From Octopus bimaculoides (Eukaryota): 64,000 nucleotides of DNA. Positions 48,934-62,452 of the stretch are shown piece by piece. The DNA lies in the NCBI RefSeq assembly GCF_001194135.2, contig NC_068998.1, positions 18,382,470 to 18,446,469 of the forward strand. The letters are read 5' to 3'. Below the pieces are notes generated by a model, which saw only the letters and a list, made by a program, of their open reading frames with translations, was not told the DNA's origin and ran no database searches. Every line of letters begins with the position of its first letter. Position 1 is the stretch's first letter. The position numbers and the translations under genes are program-made.

Positions 48934-50488
48934 GAACTTCTTTCAGTTTTTGTCAAACAAATCCGCTCACAAATCTTTGGTCAGCTAGGGGCTATAGTAC
49001 AAGACACTTTTCCAAGGTGCCAAGCAGTTGGATAGAACCTGGAACCATATGGTTGAGTAGCAAACTTCTTACCACACAGCCATGCCTATGCCTGTTCTTT
49101 TGCTAAGTAAGTGTGTATGGAAGGGGCCCAGTATCTTGCTCATAATGCAGTAGTGTGCCAGTAAAGAGATACAAACTTATCATATTATTTCAGTGAAGAC
49201 TCTGACTTTATCAATGAAAACATATCACAACTACACTTTCTGTGCCAACAGAAAAATCAATTAGCCAATAAACAGACCATTTATCAGCTAAATACTTTCT
49301 CTTGTTAATCTAAATTCTCTTATATTACTTCTCATGCTTGATCCATTAGCTATAGCAACCAAATTTTACCTCAAATCACAGCTAGATTGTTTTAAAAAGA
49401 AATGAAAGACATGTTGGTTACTGCAGTCCAACTTACATGAAACAGGAAAAGGGACAAAGTCAGGACAATTGTGGCTGGAATTAATTTTTGTTATGGATCT
49501 GCTTCATCAGGGCCAACTTGGGTATTAAACAACAATAACAACAGCAGCATTGGTCAATAATATATAAAATGGACTCTCCTGATCAGGATGCATCCTTAAT
49601 GAAATTACAAAATAGTGAAGGTAGTTGTATGGCAAGAAGTTTGCTTCCCAACAACATAGGTTTCGATTCAATTTCATTGTGCGGCACCTTGGGCAAGTGT
49701 CTTCTACTATAGTACTGTGCTGGCCAAAGCCTGTTGAGTGGATTTGGTAGAAGAAACTGCAAGAAGCTCATTATATATATATATATATATATATATATTG
49801 ATGACNNNNNNNNNNNNNNNNNNNNNNNNNNNNNNNNNNNNNNNNNNNNNNNNNNNNNNNNNNNNNNNNNNNNNNNNNNNNNNNNNNNNNNNNNNATATA
49901 TATATATATATATATATACTAGCTGACGTACCGATTAATTCCTGGGAAAGCAAGGCTTATCCCTTGGTTCCACTCTCATAATTGTTTCGCTAATCCAATA
50001 ACAACAATACAAAGTGTGTAGCCCTTAAAACAGTTTTTGTGCATATTCCAAAAGCCTGTCTTTCAACAACTGCACCTACCTCACAAGTATAATAGTTTAT
50101 TTCCCAATCCTTAAGTAAATGAAAATTTGATTGTAGATAATATGAAAGTACCAAAGACAAAGTGACAGATGCAGATTTCTAAACATTTTTCTTGGATTGT
50201 TAGAATGGTTGTGATCTCATTAGTTAGTGTTGATAACTATGGGATTTCATTTCTGTATTCATTTGATATTTTACATCTATTTTCCTATGCTGGTATAGGT
50301 GATTCTTTGAGATAGCCATTTTGTTCTTCCTGTTGGGCAAGTAAGGGTGTTTTATTCCACTATTTTAAGAGTGTAGAACTACAGGACTAGATGTTCACTT
50401 GGAATGTAAACACAGCAACATCATTTTTTTGCTCAAATGATTTCATGCAAAAAAAAACAATAATAACTTTCACGTGTGCAAACAGACA

Positions 50489-50549
<61 letters not shown>

Positions 50550-50827
50550 ACAATGGTCTTCCATACAGTTCTCTTATATCAGTTCAACTCAGAAGGCACT
50601 TGCCCAAGTTAACCATATAGCTATTCCTGTGTCTATCTATATCTGATCCAAATAATAAGAAATACTTCAACATCTCTTTAATGATCACTTATAGTTGTTT
50701 CTGTACTAACTCTGCTAACATAAAAATTCAAAATGAAATTTAACATATTTGCAGTTTTATACATTAGAGTGGCACTTCATCAGACTTACATCAAAGATAT
50801 GCTCTTACATCTATATCTATCTATCCA

Positions 50828-50861
<34 letters not shown>

Positions 50862-51067
50862 GTGTGTGTATATATCTTCAAAACGTCTAGTTAGAATAGA
50901 GGCAGCTGACGAAGGATTAATTCTAAGTGGCTATCTGTTTTCCTATGTGTTCGTTCCGTTGTCTGTAGTTCATTGTTCTAACGTCCTGTACCCTGATATG
51001 CATCTATATACACATGTAGATGTAAGTATGTACATATATGTGTGTATACATGCATATATATTCTTTG

Positions 51068-51101
<34 letters not shown>

Positions 51102-51104
51102 CAA

Positions 51105-51135
<31 letters not shown>

Positions 51136-52366
51136 AATACATACACAACAGGCATATCAAATGAATGAAGGAATGGTAGAGTAAGGAATGTTGTTAAAAG
51201 TATTGTGAAATACTGAAAATATCAGAGCAGAGGCAGTTTGAAGTAGTCAGATTAGATGGGAGGTTTTACCAAGGTGGGCCTTCCAGACAACACGAGCAGG
51301 GTAATTAAGAAGTATAGCAAAAAAATGTTGCATTGCAGTATGTTAGCATGGTAAATGGATGTCAAACCAATGATGACTAACAACAAATGATATGAACCAA
51401 TAACAAAAATCAATATTTGCAACAACCAGTACCAAATAACAACTGATAGGTATATGTGTGCGAGTGAATGTATGTGCGTGACCATGTATTTGATTGTGTG
51501 TACACTTGTGAGGGTGTGAGTAACTATTTTGCTGAACAGCAAATCACTGGCATGATGTCAGTATAAAATAGAGAAACAACAAACTTAACAGAAAACTTAC
51601 ATTTTACATCAACATCAGCACATCAGAAAAGACAAAATACTTTCAACTTTAATTGAAATTACATCAGCTTTCAACTTAAGCAAAGATTTTAAAACAAGAG
51701 TCTTGTACAGAGAAAATAAATAACACACACACATGCATACACAAACATACTTAAACACACATACATGTGTGCGTACACATAGATACACACGCATAGGCAT
51801 GTGCATGTACACACGTACACACACACACACACACATACATACATACACACAAATAAATCATTAAAAAATAAAAGAGAATGAATTTTGTTTTTTTAAATTA
51901 TTTTATTTACAGCTCTAACTGCTGTAGACATTTTGAAAGAAGTTTTCTAAGTGAAATATCTTTTCAACAGGTTGTTTACATCACATGAATGTTTAGGCTT
52001 GTATACGCCTCATTGAAAACAGACAGCACTACCCTAACTTACAAATATAAATACACTGAACCCTCANNNNNNNNNNNNNNNNNNNNNNNNNNNNNNNNNN
52101 NNNNNNNNNNNNNNNNNNNNNNNNNNNNNNNNNNNNNNNNNNNNNNNNNNNNNNNNNNNNNNNNNNNNNNNNNNNNNNNNNNNNNNNNNNNNNNNNNNNN
52201 NNNNNNNNNNNNNNNNNNNNNNNNNNNNNNNNNNNNNNNNNNNNNNNNNNNNNNNNNNNNNNNNNNNNNNNNNNNNNNNNNNNNNNNNNNNNNNNNNNNN
52301 NNNNNNNNNNNNNNNNNNNNNNNNNNNNNNNNNNNNNNNNNNNNNNNNNNNNNNNNNNNNNNNNNN

Positions 52367-52680
52367 ATTAACGTGCAAGTGGCTGAGCACTCCACAGACA
52401 CGTGTACCCTTAACGTAGTTCTCAGGGATATTCAGCGTGACACAGTGTGACAAGGCTGACCCTTTGAATTACAGGCACAACAGAAACAGGAAGTAAGAGT
52501 GAGAGAAAGTTGTGGTGGAAGAGTACAGCAGGGTTCGCCACCATCCCCTGCCGGAGCCTCGTGGAGCTTTAGGTGTTTTCACTCAATAAACACTCACAAC
52601 GCCCCCGGTCAGGGAATCGAAACTGTGATCCTATGACCGTGAGTCCGCTGCCCTAACCACTGGGCCATTGCGCCTCCACT
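52367..52680 (-). mobile_element. Family D SINE (3' part lost in gap)
   Basis: Near-identical to 15579-15966 from ATTAACGTGCAAGTGGC to CATTGCGCCTCCAC. Confidence 0.95.
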
Positions 52681-52984
52681 GTCTGCACATTAGTACAGAA
52701 TTAAAATACATCTACTCACTGCCTCTTCTGTTCAGTATTGTGATGGTAAAGGTATCAATCCTCAAATGTGAGACAACAATACACATACAACAGATAAGCA
52801 CTCGTAACCACACACACTTATTTATATAATCTGATTGATTTTTTTTTACACCAAACCTTGTTAGATTTTGATTTTAATGATTGGCAATTATCCAAGGGCA
52901 GGGGTCAATCAGATTTTTCAGCCTAGGATGATTGCTTTACTGTCACTAGCCTTATGGATTTTCAATAATTATTTAACAGTATAA

Positions 52985-52992
52985 TAATAATA

Positions 52993-53026
<34 letters not shown>

Positions 53027-53156
53027 GTATTATGAGTATTATTACTACTAGTACTACTACTACTTCTTACTACTACTACTACTTACTACTACTACTTCTT
53101 ACTACTACTACTACTTACTACTACTACTACTACTTCTTACTACTACTACTACTACT

Positions 53157-53194
<38 letters not shown>

Positions 53195-53212
53195 ACTACT
53201 ACTATTACTACT

Positions 53213-53253
<41 letters not shown>

Positions 53254-53290
53254 ACTACGACTACTACTATTACTACTAAATATTACTATT
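52985..53290. repeat. Long compound (ATT)n/(ACT)n microsatellite
   Basis: About 300 bp of TAT/TAC/ACT trinucleotide units with periodic single-base slips. Confidence 0.95.
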
Positions 53291-53984
53291 CTATATCTTC
53301 ATGACAAAGCCAGCTTCTGAGGAGAATGTAACCAAATGAATTAACTTGGATTAATATATTTATGATATATATTACCTTACTGATCCCTCACCCCAGAGAG
53401 AGATAAAAACCAAAATCAGCCAAATAAGATTTGAACACACAGGATATGAAATTAAATTAATTTTTTTTTTTTTTTTTTTGAAAACAACTCTTCCTATAAC
53501 TATAAAATATAATTATTTTATGTAACATTATTGTGTGTGATGATTGAATTCTTCATAAGGTTTTACAAAACAAAATGTATTATACACAAGCTGATGTGTT
53601 CACACTCACATATATACATACATACGTATGTATGTATGTATGTATGTATTATGTATTTATATATGTATGTATATGCATACAGAAAAACATTCAGAATGAA
53701 AATGCAGTATCAATGATTTATTTAGCTTACATGTGTTTCAAACAGCCCGGCACAATGCAAGCACTGCACATTGCAGTACTCATATTTAATCCATCCTTCA
53801 TTTGATTAATTTGATTTACCAAGAAATACAGAGCAACTTGCTGTTAAACTATTCCTTTCAAAGCTAAAATGCTTTTACTAAATTTTGTTTACATACACCA
53901 GACCACTGTCCCTATTGTATCACCCACTGCTTGTTCCATGGTAAACAGTGGTATTTTTCATCAGATGTCCCTAGTTTCATGATT

Positions 53985-54139
53985 ACCAGTGGTTGTGTGG
54001 TAAGAAGCTTGCTTGCCAACCCCACATGGTTCCAGATTCAGTTTCCTTGCATGGCACCTTGGGCAAATGTCTTCTGTAGCACCAGGCTGTCCAATGTCTT
54101 ATGAGTAGATTTTGTAGATGGAAACTGAAAGAAGCCCAT

Positions 54140-54173
<34 letters not shown>

Positions 54174-54671
54174 TATATACATATATATATACATGTATAC
54201 ATATACATATATATATCATCATNNNNNNNNNNNNNNNNNNNNNNNNNNNNNNNNNNNNNNNNNNNNNNNNNNNNNNNNNNNNNNNNNNNNNNNNNNNNNN
54301 NNNNNNNNNNNNNNNNNNNNNNNNNNNNNNNNNNNNNNNNNNNNNNNNNNNNNNNNNNNNNNNNNNNNNNNNNNNNNNNNNNNNNNNNNNNNNNNNNNNN
54401 NNNNNNNNNNNNNNNNNNNNNNNNNNNNNNNNNNNNNNNNNNNNNNNNNNNNNNNNNNNNNNNNNNNNNNNNNNNNNNNNNNNNNNNNNNNNNNNNNNNN
54501 NNNNNNNNNNNNNNNNNNNNNNNNNNNNNNNNNNNNNNNNNNNNNNNNNNNNNNNNNNNNNNNNNNNNNNNNNNNNNNNNNNNNNNNNNNNNNNNNNNNN
54601 NNNNNNNNNNNNNNNNNNNNNNNNNNNNNNNNNNNNNNNNNNNNNNNNNNNNNNNNNNNNNNNNNNNNNNN

Positions 54672-54740
<69 letters not shown>

Positions 54741-55045
54741 CATATATATATACACACATATATATATACATATATAGATAGATAGATAGATACATAGATA
54801 GATAGATAGATAAATAAATGTATGTACCTATCTGTGTCTTTGTGTGTGTGTGTGTGCATTTATTTCCACTACCAGTTGATAACTGGGTTTGGTTTGTTTA
54901 CATCCCTGTAACTTTGCAGTTTGGTGAAAGAAAATGACAGAATTAGTACAGGCTTAAAGTAAAAAAAAGTACTGGGGTCAATTTGTTCAACTAAACCCTC
55001 CAGTATAGCCACATTCCAATGACTGAAACAAATAAAAAATAAAAA
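53985..55045 (+). mobile_element. Family A SINE stretched to ~1 kb by internal microsatellite and gap
   Basis: 5' half 53985-54140, 3' half 54850-55045; (TA)n, N-gap and (GATA)n in between. Confidence 0.8.
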
Positions 55046-55392
55046 ACAAAAGACACACACATTCTTGTTCTTTGAGTACACAGAACTTGTTAGTCCCTTT
55101 GCATTCCCTTCAGCCAGCAGTTACGTCGTCATACAGAGTCATCAGCTGAAATATCTGGGGACAAGTTTAGGGACTTTGGAAGTCTATCAAACCGTCTTTC
55201 ACAGGGATAGGCAGTTGGATTTGAACTCAAAAATACATGCGGCCAAAACAGATACTACAATGACACACAAATTCACCATCTGAGACTGGTCCATTTTTAT
55301 CAACCTCAAAATAATGAAGGACAAAGTTGACAGAGAGCAAAGTTTGAACTCAAAACACAGAGAACTGGAACAGCACTCTACCAATTCAGTAA

Positions 55393-55432
<40 letters not shown>

Positions 55433-55871
55433 TATGTGTGCATGCAATTATGTATTTTGTATACATGTGCACGTATGCATGTATGTTCTATGTATGTGTG
55501 TGTTTGTGTACAAGACTTTTTTCTTAATTACAAAGTCCACAACATTTTTGTCGGTGTGTGTATGCGCATGCCTGCGTGGTGTGTGTGCGTGGGTGCATGC
55601 ACACATGTGTACCTGTTTGATAATCAAGTTGTGTCAGAAATTATTTGAGAACCGTTCTTTAGTCTAATTTACTTCACTGCAAAATTCTCAACAATCAATT
55701 TCTTAAAGCGTATGCAAATTATTCCAATTTTAACTTTCCACAAATGTAAATCTCAAAACACCAGGCTAATAATCTTCTAGTAGATAATTTAAATTCACTC
55801 AGAGTTATCCAAGACTTAGATTACAAAAACATATTCTAGCAATATAAAGATGTAAAAGGTTTAAAAATCTT

Positions 55872-56250
55872 ATGGCTGCATGGTTAAGAATCTCACTTTG
55901 CAACCATGTGGTTTTGGATTCAGTCCCACTGTGCAACACCTTGGTTAAATAATAACTTCTACTATAGCTCCAGGCCAACCAATATATTGTGAACATATTT
56001 AATAGATGGAAACTGTGTCAAAGCCTGTTGTATATAAATGTGTGTGTGTTTTGTAGCCCTTCCACCACTTCACAACCAGTGTGAGTTTGTTTACATCCTC
56101 ATAACTAAGCAATTTGGCATAAGAGCCTGAGAAAATAAGCATCACACATTAACAAAAAAAAATAAGTACTGGTGTCGGTTTGTTCAACTAAATCCTTCAA
56201 GTGATACCCCAGCATGGCCACAGTCCAATGACTGAAACATGTAAAAGGCA
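55872..56250 (+). mobile_element. Family A SINE (diverged)
   Basis: Full layout, degenerate. Confidence 0.8.
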
Positions 56251-57311
56251 AGTATTAGAAAATTTTTCACATTTTCACATTAAATGACTCCTTAGCAAAT
56301 TTTACTGTGTTGTGAGCATTCAAGTTAGGTCACTGGTTTTGAGGATATCTTCCTCCCTTTCTAGTACCAGTCTTCAAGGCACTTTCTTTATCTCCTGACT
56401 AAAAGATTAAGGTTAAAGAAATAAATAAATAACTCCTTAGTGTTGAAACTCAATCTCTTATCTTTTACTAGTTTCAGACATTGGACTGTGGCCTTGCTGG
56501 AGCACAACTTTGAAGGGTTTTTAGTGAAACAGACCAACCCCAATATTTATGTCTTTTTAAGTCCAGTACTTATTTTTATCAGTCTATTTTACTGAACTGC
56601 TAAGTTACAAGGATGTACACAAAAACTACTGTCAAGCAGTGGGTGATAAAGACCAACACAGAAACCCTCCTCCACGCATACATTTAAAAGGTGTACTTGC
56701 TGGGCAAGTAACTTGATCTGAGACTGTTCAAACTAAACCAACTACACAATGTGGAGAACATATTAGTGATTCAAAAATACAGAAAAAAATATTGACTTTG
56801 CTTAAACATTTATTACTTAATTTCAAAATTTTCATCATGACCTGGTCACTGACATAATTCCAACTGCAACATTTTTGTATCCTTGGACAAAATACATAAT
56901 ACTGCTCATTTTCACCAATCAAACAGTGACTGCTATTATTCCACAACTATGTACTTAGACATAGTAAAGGAATCCAGTTATAAAAGTGATTTTCTCAAGG
57001 AATATGGCAAATTTCAAAAAACAGCATCTTATGTTATCATAGGAAAATAGAGGTTTAAAAAAAACGAGGGAACAACGATCTGGGTTAATTTTTTACATAT
57101 GTACGCAACTATGAGATAAAAATACGTTATGTACACACGGTGGTTGATGAAGCTGTAAATTATATAGTCACAGACAGAGAAAGAAAGAAAAGGAAGAAAT
57201 ATATAATGTATATATAAGAAAATAACTACTAGTGAGATCACCTACTGACTTAGGAAGATATTTGAATAAACTGGAAATACTGTTGATAGTACAAGTAACC
57301 TTGAGATTTTT

Positions 57312-57491
57312 GCAAAAACTATTCCATATCAATTACATTTTGTTCCATTATAAATGTGTGTATACACACATACATACACACACATATATATATATACACA
57401 CACACACACACATATATATATACACACACACATATATATATATACACACACACACATATATATATATACACACACACACATATATATATAT

Positions 57492-57547
<56 letters not shown>

Positions 57548-57606
57548 AAAACTATTCTGTATCAATTACATTTTGTTCCATTATAAATGTGTGTATATAC
57601 ACATAT

Positions 57607-57649
<43 letters not shown>

Positions 57650-57658
57650 CACACACAC

Positions 57659-57693
<35 letters not shown>

Positions 57694-57750
57694 TACACAC
57701 ACATATATATATATATATATATACAATATACATATATACACACACACATG
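57312..57750. repeat. Tandem duplication of a ~45-bp unique segment plus (CA)(TA) microsatellite
   Basis: GCAAAAACTATTC(CA/TG)TATCAATTACATTTTGTTCCATTATAAATGTGTGTATA at ~57312 and ~57545. Confidence 0.9.
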
Positions 57751-57979
57751 AATTACTGTTTCTTTAGAAACTTTTATTATTATTGATATTCTTTCTATTC
57801 ATAATTTACATTGCCACATAAACACATTAAATAATTCAAGTTAGAAATGTTGCTGGAGTTTTATGTTTCACAGTATGGTGTCTTACTGGGGAAAAAAAGA
57901 CAAGAAACTCCAGTTATTTAATGAAGTGAATAATAAATACATAGTAGCAAAATTATTACACACTTGATGCTAAATGTCA

Positions 57980-58200
57980 AGAAATGTCAAAAGTAACTCA
58001 AAATGCTTAAATCTCTAAACTTAATTTTGACCAATAATGTACACTCTGATAGACTGACCAGCTCATTACAATATTGACTCTGTTCCCATAAGACTTGAGA
58101 ATCTCACATTAACACAGACTCCATCTATTCAAATACTTACTGATGAAATCATAACAGATTTCAAGAATATATGCTTCAAGAAGTTCACTCATTGTTCTCT
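57980..58200 (+). mobile_element. Possible hAT dimerisation-domain remnant
   Basis: NLILTNNVHSDRLTSSLQY and DEIITDFKNICFKKF loosely match the LIKTxLRSxLxxxRLxxL...IIxxF...RR end of hAT transposases. Weak. Confidence 0.25.
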
Positions 58201-58891
58201 ATAAGTAGTACAAAGCTGGTACATGTTATTGAGTTGCTCTTTTACTAAATAGCTTGTCAGCTTCACCTGACATTTTAAAACAGGTACATTCATCACTTTC
58301 ACATAGTATCATACTGTAACCTATCATTTCTCTCTCTTTTGAATAGCTTTTGAATACCATGATAACTGTTAGTATCAAATTGCTTTCATAGCTCACTTCA
58401 ATTAATTCTAACCTTCAAATTCATGTGATATGCCATCAAACCTTATTCTTAGCATTACTTTCTAGTTTTTTCAGAAATATTTCAGTGTTGATCTTAAAAG
58501 CTGATGGTTTATATAGCTGGATGCACTTCCTAACCCTTCCATTGGAAAGTGAAATTGCTGTCTATTTTTTAGCAAGTAGACACAACACAAAACCATTTTC
58601 TATGAGATTGCACATAGTAATTTTCAACAGTGCTTTCTTTAAAAATATGAACACAAGCACTAACTTTTTAACTATCAATCAATTTATCTCTCTTTCCGTC
58701 TATTTAAATATCTATCCACTTCCCTTTTACTAAATTCTTAAACAAATTTAGTAACTCCATCTAGATTTATATATTTAGAGTAGAGAAATTTTACTGTTGA
58801 CAAAATATTCGTGGGCTACAGGTTGGAGTTTGTTAGTGAGTGACTTTGTACCAATCAGCTAGGTGTCCTTTCTTTCTTTGGATGAGGTCTA

Positions 58892-58936
<45 letters not shown>

Positions 58937-58960
58937 NNNNNNNNNNTGTGTGTGTGTGTA

Positions 58961-58995
<35 letters not shown>

Positions 58996-59587
58996 AAGCA
59001 AGACAGTCTTAGATAAAGGAGTAGTTGTTCTACAGTGGGTTTCACTTGAGCATTACACAAACTTTATAGCAGTTGGAGAGTAAAGTATTTTCTGATGCAG
59101 TAGTTTATATGTTGATGATGTGTATCCAGTAATGATGAGGCAAGCATTTGTAAAGACTAGTTCCACCCAGTTCATGTTTAGCAAAGAAAGGGTATGATAT
59201 TGATTGTTTGAAATGAGTAGTGATTGTGTCTTTGTATTTTGGAAAGAGACAAGATAAGATGACTTCTCTGCTGAAAATAGTAACCAAATCCCTCTCAATA
59301 CACAGCATACTTTCTTTTAAAAAAAGACACATTGGATAATAGAACCCTAGATACACTAACAATTTATTAGAAGTGCCAGCAAAATGATGGAGCATGGATT
59401 ATTCATTAATGGTCAAGGTGTGAAATATGTAGGGTTTGTTAGTGGAATTGATAATTGATGTAAATGGTAGTGTGTGATACAATGTTGGATGATGAAGGTG
59501 AGAAAGTGTAGATGGTACAATAAAAAAGATGAAGAGGAAGATGGCTTTTCGTTCAGAGGGAAGGGCAGATTGTGTGATGCTTGTGTA

Positions 59588-59900
59588 CATCATCATCATC
59601 ATCATTCTCACTATGCCAAAGCTGAAATTGGAGCTTAATGCAGCAGACCTCCAATTTGTCAGATCCTGTCAAATCATCCAACCCATGCCAGCATGGAAGA
59701 CAGACACTAAATGATGAAATACATGATTTGACAGATCTGACAAACTGGAGGTCTGCTGCATCAAGCTCCAATTTCAGCTTTGGCATAGTTTCTACAACTG
59801 GATGTCTTTCCTAAAAACCAAGCACTTTACAGAATGTACGGGGTACTTTTAATGTGGCACTTGCACTAGTAAGGTCACTGAATGGCAAGACAAGCCCTCC
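59588..59900 (-). mobile_element. Family B-like SINE with internal inverted duplication (hairpin 59610-59789)
   Basis: (CAT)n tail, an inverted segment, then the normal minus copy continuing to CTGGATGTCTTTCC. Arms are 59610-59677 and 59723-59789. Confidence 0.85.
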
Positions 59901-60133
59901 CAACCAATTTGTGTGTATGTGTGTGGGGGGATGTGCCAGTTGAGATACATGCCTACCCCATCTGGAAAGAAAGTAATGATGGTGGTGATGAGGTGTCATA
60001 GCTGGGTGCCCTCAGAGTACAAAAAGGTGAATATGAGAGAGAATAGGGACAGAAGATTGGGAATGGTGGATGGGCAAGTGCACAAAAATGTAAAAGGAGA
60101 GTGACAGGTGGTTAGAGATGGGGATAGATGGGC

Positions 60134-60193
<60 letters not shown>

Positions 60194-60322
60194 TTATATA
60201 TACAAGGGACTTTTTTTAGTTTCTGTCAATCAAATCCACTCACAAGGCTTTGGATAGTCTAGGGTTATATTAGAAGACACTTGCCCATGGTGCCACACAA
60301 TGGGACTGAACATACACATATT

Positions 60323-60368
<46 letters not shown>

Positions 60369-61904
60369 TCAAATGAGCTACATTTAACCAAACATTCTGA
60401 CAAAAAAGAAAATAAAGTGAACACTTGGAATAATTAACTAGATTTAAATATCATATATAAACAAGCCACTCAATGTTCAGAAAGTAGAGCGAAATGGGTA
60501 CAGACATTAGTTCAAGTCCTTTAACTAACAGCATTTTATATGTTTCTACAATATCTCTTTATAATAACTAGAATGTATAAAGAGCTCGGGGCTGAAGACT
60601 GTTATAGCAGTCATTTCTTTTTCTTTTCCCTCAATAAAAGAGTAAAGCTAATGAAATCAAACAACCAGTGCCTATAATCTAATTTCTATGCTAGCTACAT
60701 ATATATTCAAGGTAAGCGATGTGTAATTAATGAAGTAATCTCAAAGCAGTGGCCAGAATGAAAAGCGTAGGCTATTTGAGTAAGATAATCCACTGAATAG
60801 AGTCAAGGATTAATTCTACAAGTTGACACCTCCACATAACTGGTTCTCTTTCGCTCTTTCTTACAGTTGCAACTATCTCTCTATATACATATGATAGACT
60901 CTCCTGTCGAAGACAATGTATGAGTGTTCAGTGAGAAGACAAAGAAAAAAATGTATACTATTTGTATATAGTCGTAAGCTGGCAATTTGATTCGTCCCTG
61001 GTTCAATTTATGTATGTGATGTTGATAAATCACAAAATTGGTGAAATATCAGTATCCATCACTCCTGAATTCAATCGAAGGTGAGCTGTCTCGCCTGTCT
61101 ATGACATCCAGCTATTTTAACATCTAGCATTATGAGGGAGTCATTCCGCAAGCACTATACCGCAGCAAACAAGCGAACAAACAAAACACATACAATGAGT
61201 ATGTGTGGTTGATAATGTTTACAAGACTAGTGCTGCTTTTAATTCATTATTGAATACACCCCCACATCACATACACACACATATGTATACGCATACATAC
61301 GTTTAGCTCTACCTTTATTTTTCAAAAACAAATATAGGCTTTGCATAAGAGCATGCATCCATACATATGTACATACACACATGTACAAATACACAAAGCA
61401 ATTTTACTCTGTATATCAAACTGTTGCCAAGTTTCATTAGCTTCTGTTTATTTTTCAAGAAAAGTTTTAAATGTTCCAATAAGTTATGCCATTAACAGAG
61501 GAAAGAAACATATCAAATAACCTCCAAAACCAGCTGATAGAAAATTAAAACAGCAAAAGCAATTTTCACTTTACACGTTCTCAAATATATCAAGTAGATC
61601 AGTTCTGTTTGCTTGCTTACAAACTTTAGTCATGTAGATATCTTTGTGAAAAGGTTTATTTTCAAGAGTGTTTATCACAATGGTTTCTTTTTAGATATCT
61701 TGCATGATACTTGAGATTTACACAATAGTGGGTGTTGGAGCAGGGGATAGATTGTTCTGGTTTCCCTACATGCTTCTAGTGATGTAAAGTAAACAAAAGA
61801 GTTCTGACTGAGAATCAAAATTGCAGTTGCACACACGATTGTCTAAGAACAGATTGATGCCAAAACAGCACCTGCTATGTATTCCTGCAGCAATAATAAT
61901 TTAA

Positions 61905-62092
61905 AATTTTGGTACAAGGCCAGCAATTTCAGGGGAAATGGTAGTGATCAACTAGTACTTATTTTATCGATCCCAAAAAGGATGAAAGGCTAAGTCAACC
62001 ATAGTATAATTTGAACTCAGAATATGAAGTCAAACGAAATACCACTAAGCATTTTGCCTGGTGTGCTAACAATTCAGCCAGCTTGCTGCCTT
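61905..62092 (-). mobile_element. Family C SINE
   Basis: Reverse-complement Meta-like layout: TTTTGGTACAAGGCCAGCAATT...GATGAAAGGCTAAGTCAACC...TTTGAACTCAGAA...GCCAGCTTGCTGCC. Confidence 0.85.
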
Positions 62093-62295
62093 TGTATAAA
62101 AGTAATAATGCAACAATAGTATCAACAAAGATCTGTAAGAAGTAATCTATATGTGGCTCAAATTATTAGGAGATAATACTGAAATATAGCAATCTTCACT
62201 CTACAAAAGAAGGTGCAGTTATTGTCATGTATGTGGATATGAGAATCCTGCAGTTTCATACACATACACACTGAAGTACACACATGACCAATTTC

Positions 62296-62452
62296 TGAGT
62301 GGTTGGCGTTAGGAAGGGCATCCAGCTGTAGAAACTCTGCCAAATCAGACTGGAGCCTGGTGTTGCCATCCGGTTTCACCAGTCCTCAGTCAAATCGTCC
62401 AACCCATGCTAGCATGGAAAGCAGACGTTAAACGATGATGATGATGATGATG
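62296..62452 (+). mobile_element. Family B element, 5'-truncated young copy
   Basis: Begins at GAGTGGTTGGCGTTAGG, near-identical to the 22690-22842 segment, with a (GAT)n tail. Confidence 0.95.

Larger units (their letters stand above)
723..58946. other. 15 assembly gaps (N-runs), ~4.1 kb in total
   Basis: 723-1166, 2283-2831, 4247-4256, 8216-8512, 17063-17072, 23642-23768, 25898-26415, 39932-39941, 44527-44774, 45778-46528, 47963-48271, 49806-49895, 52067-52366, 54223-54671, 58937-58946. Confidence 0.98.

Noticed and set aside
49915-50150. TACTAGCTGACGTACC after (TA)n, like a reversed Helitron 3' CTAG end
   Set aside because: The subterminal hairpin is poor, and I found no 5' TC end or helicase motifs.
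648-54859. Long ORFs of 100-380 aa in the supplied track (e.g. 648-1238, 2239-2997, 25468-26613, 45750-46680, 54038-54859)
   Set aside because: They are open only because N-runs and (TA)n/(CA)n tracts contain no stops. The translations are X, YIYI, HTHT or CVCV runs.
3636-61080. Phase-compatible chain of exons 3636-3715, 42185-42264 and 60972-61080
   Set aside because: Phase compatibility arises by chance about one time in three per junction, and the joined peptide resembles no protein I know.
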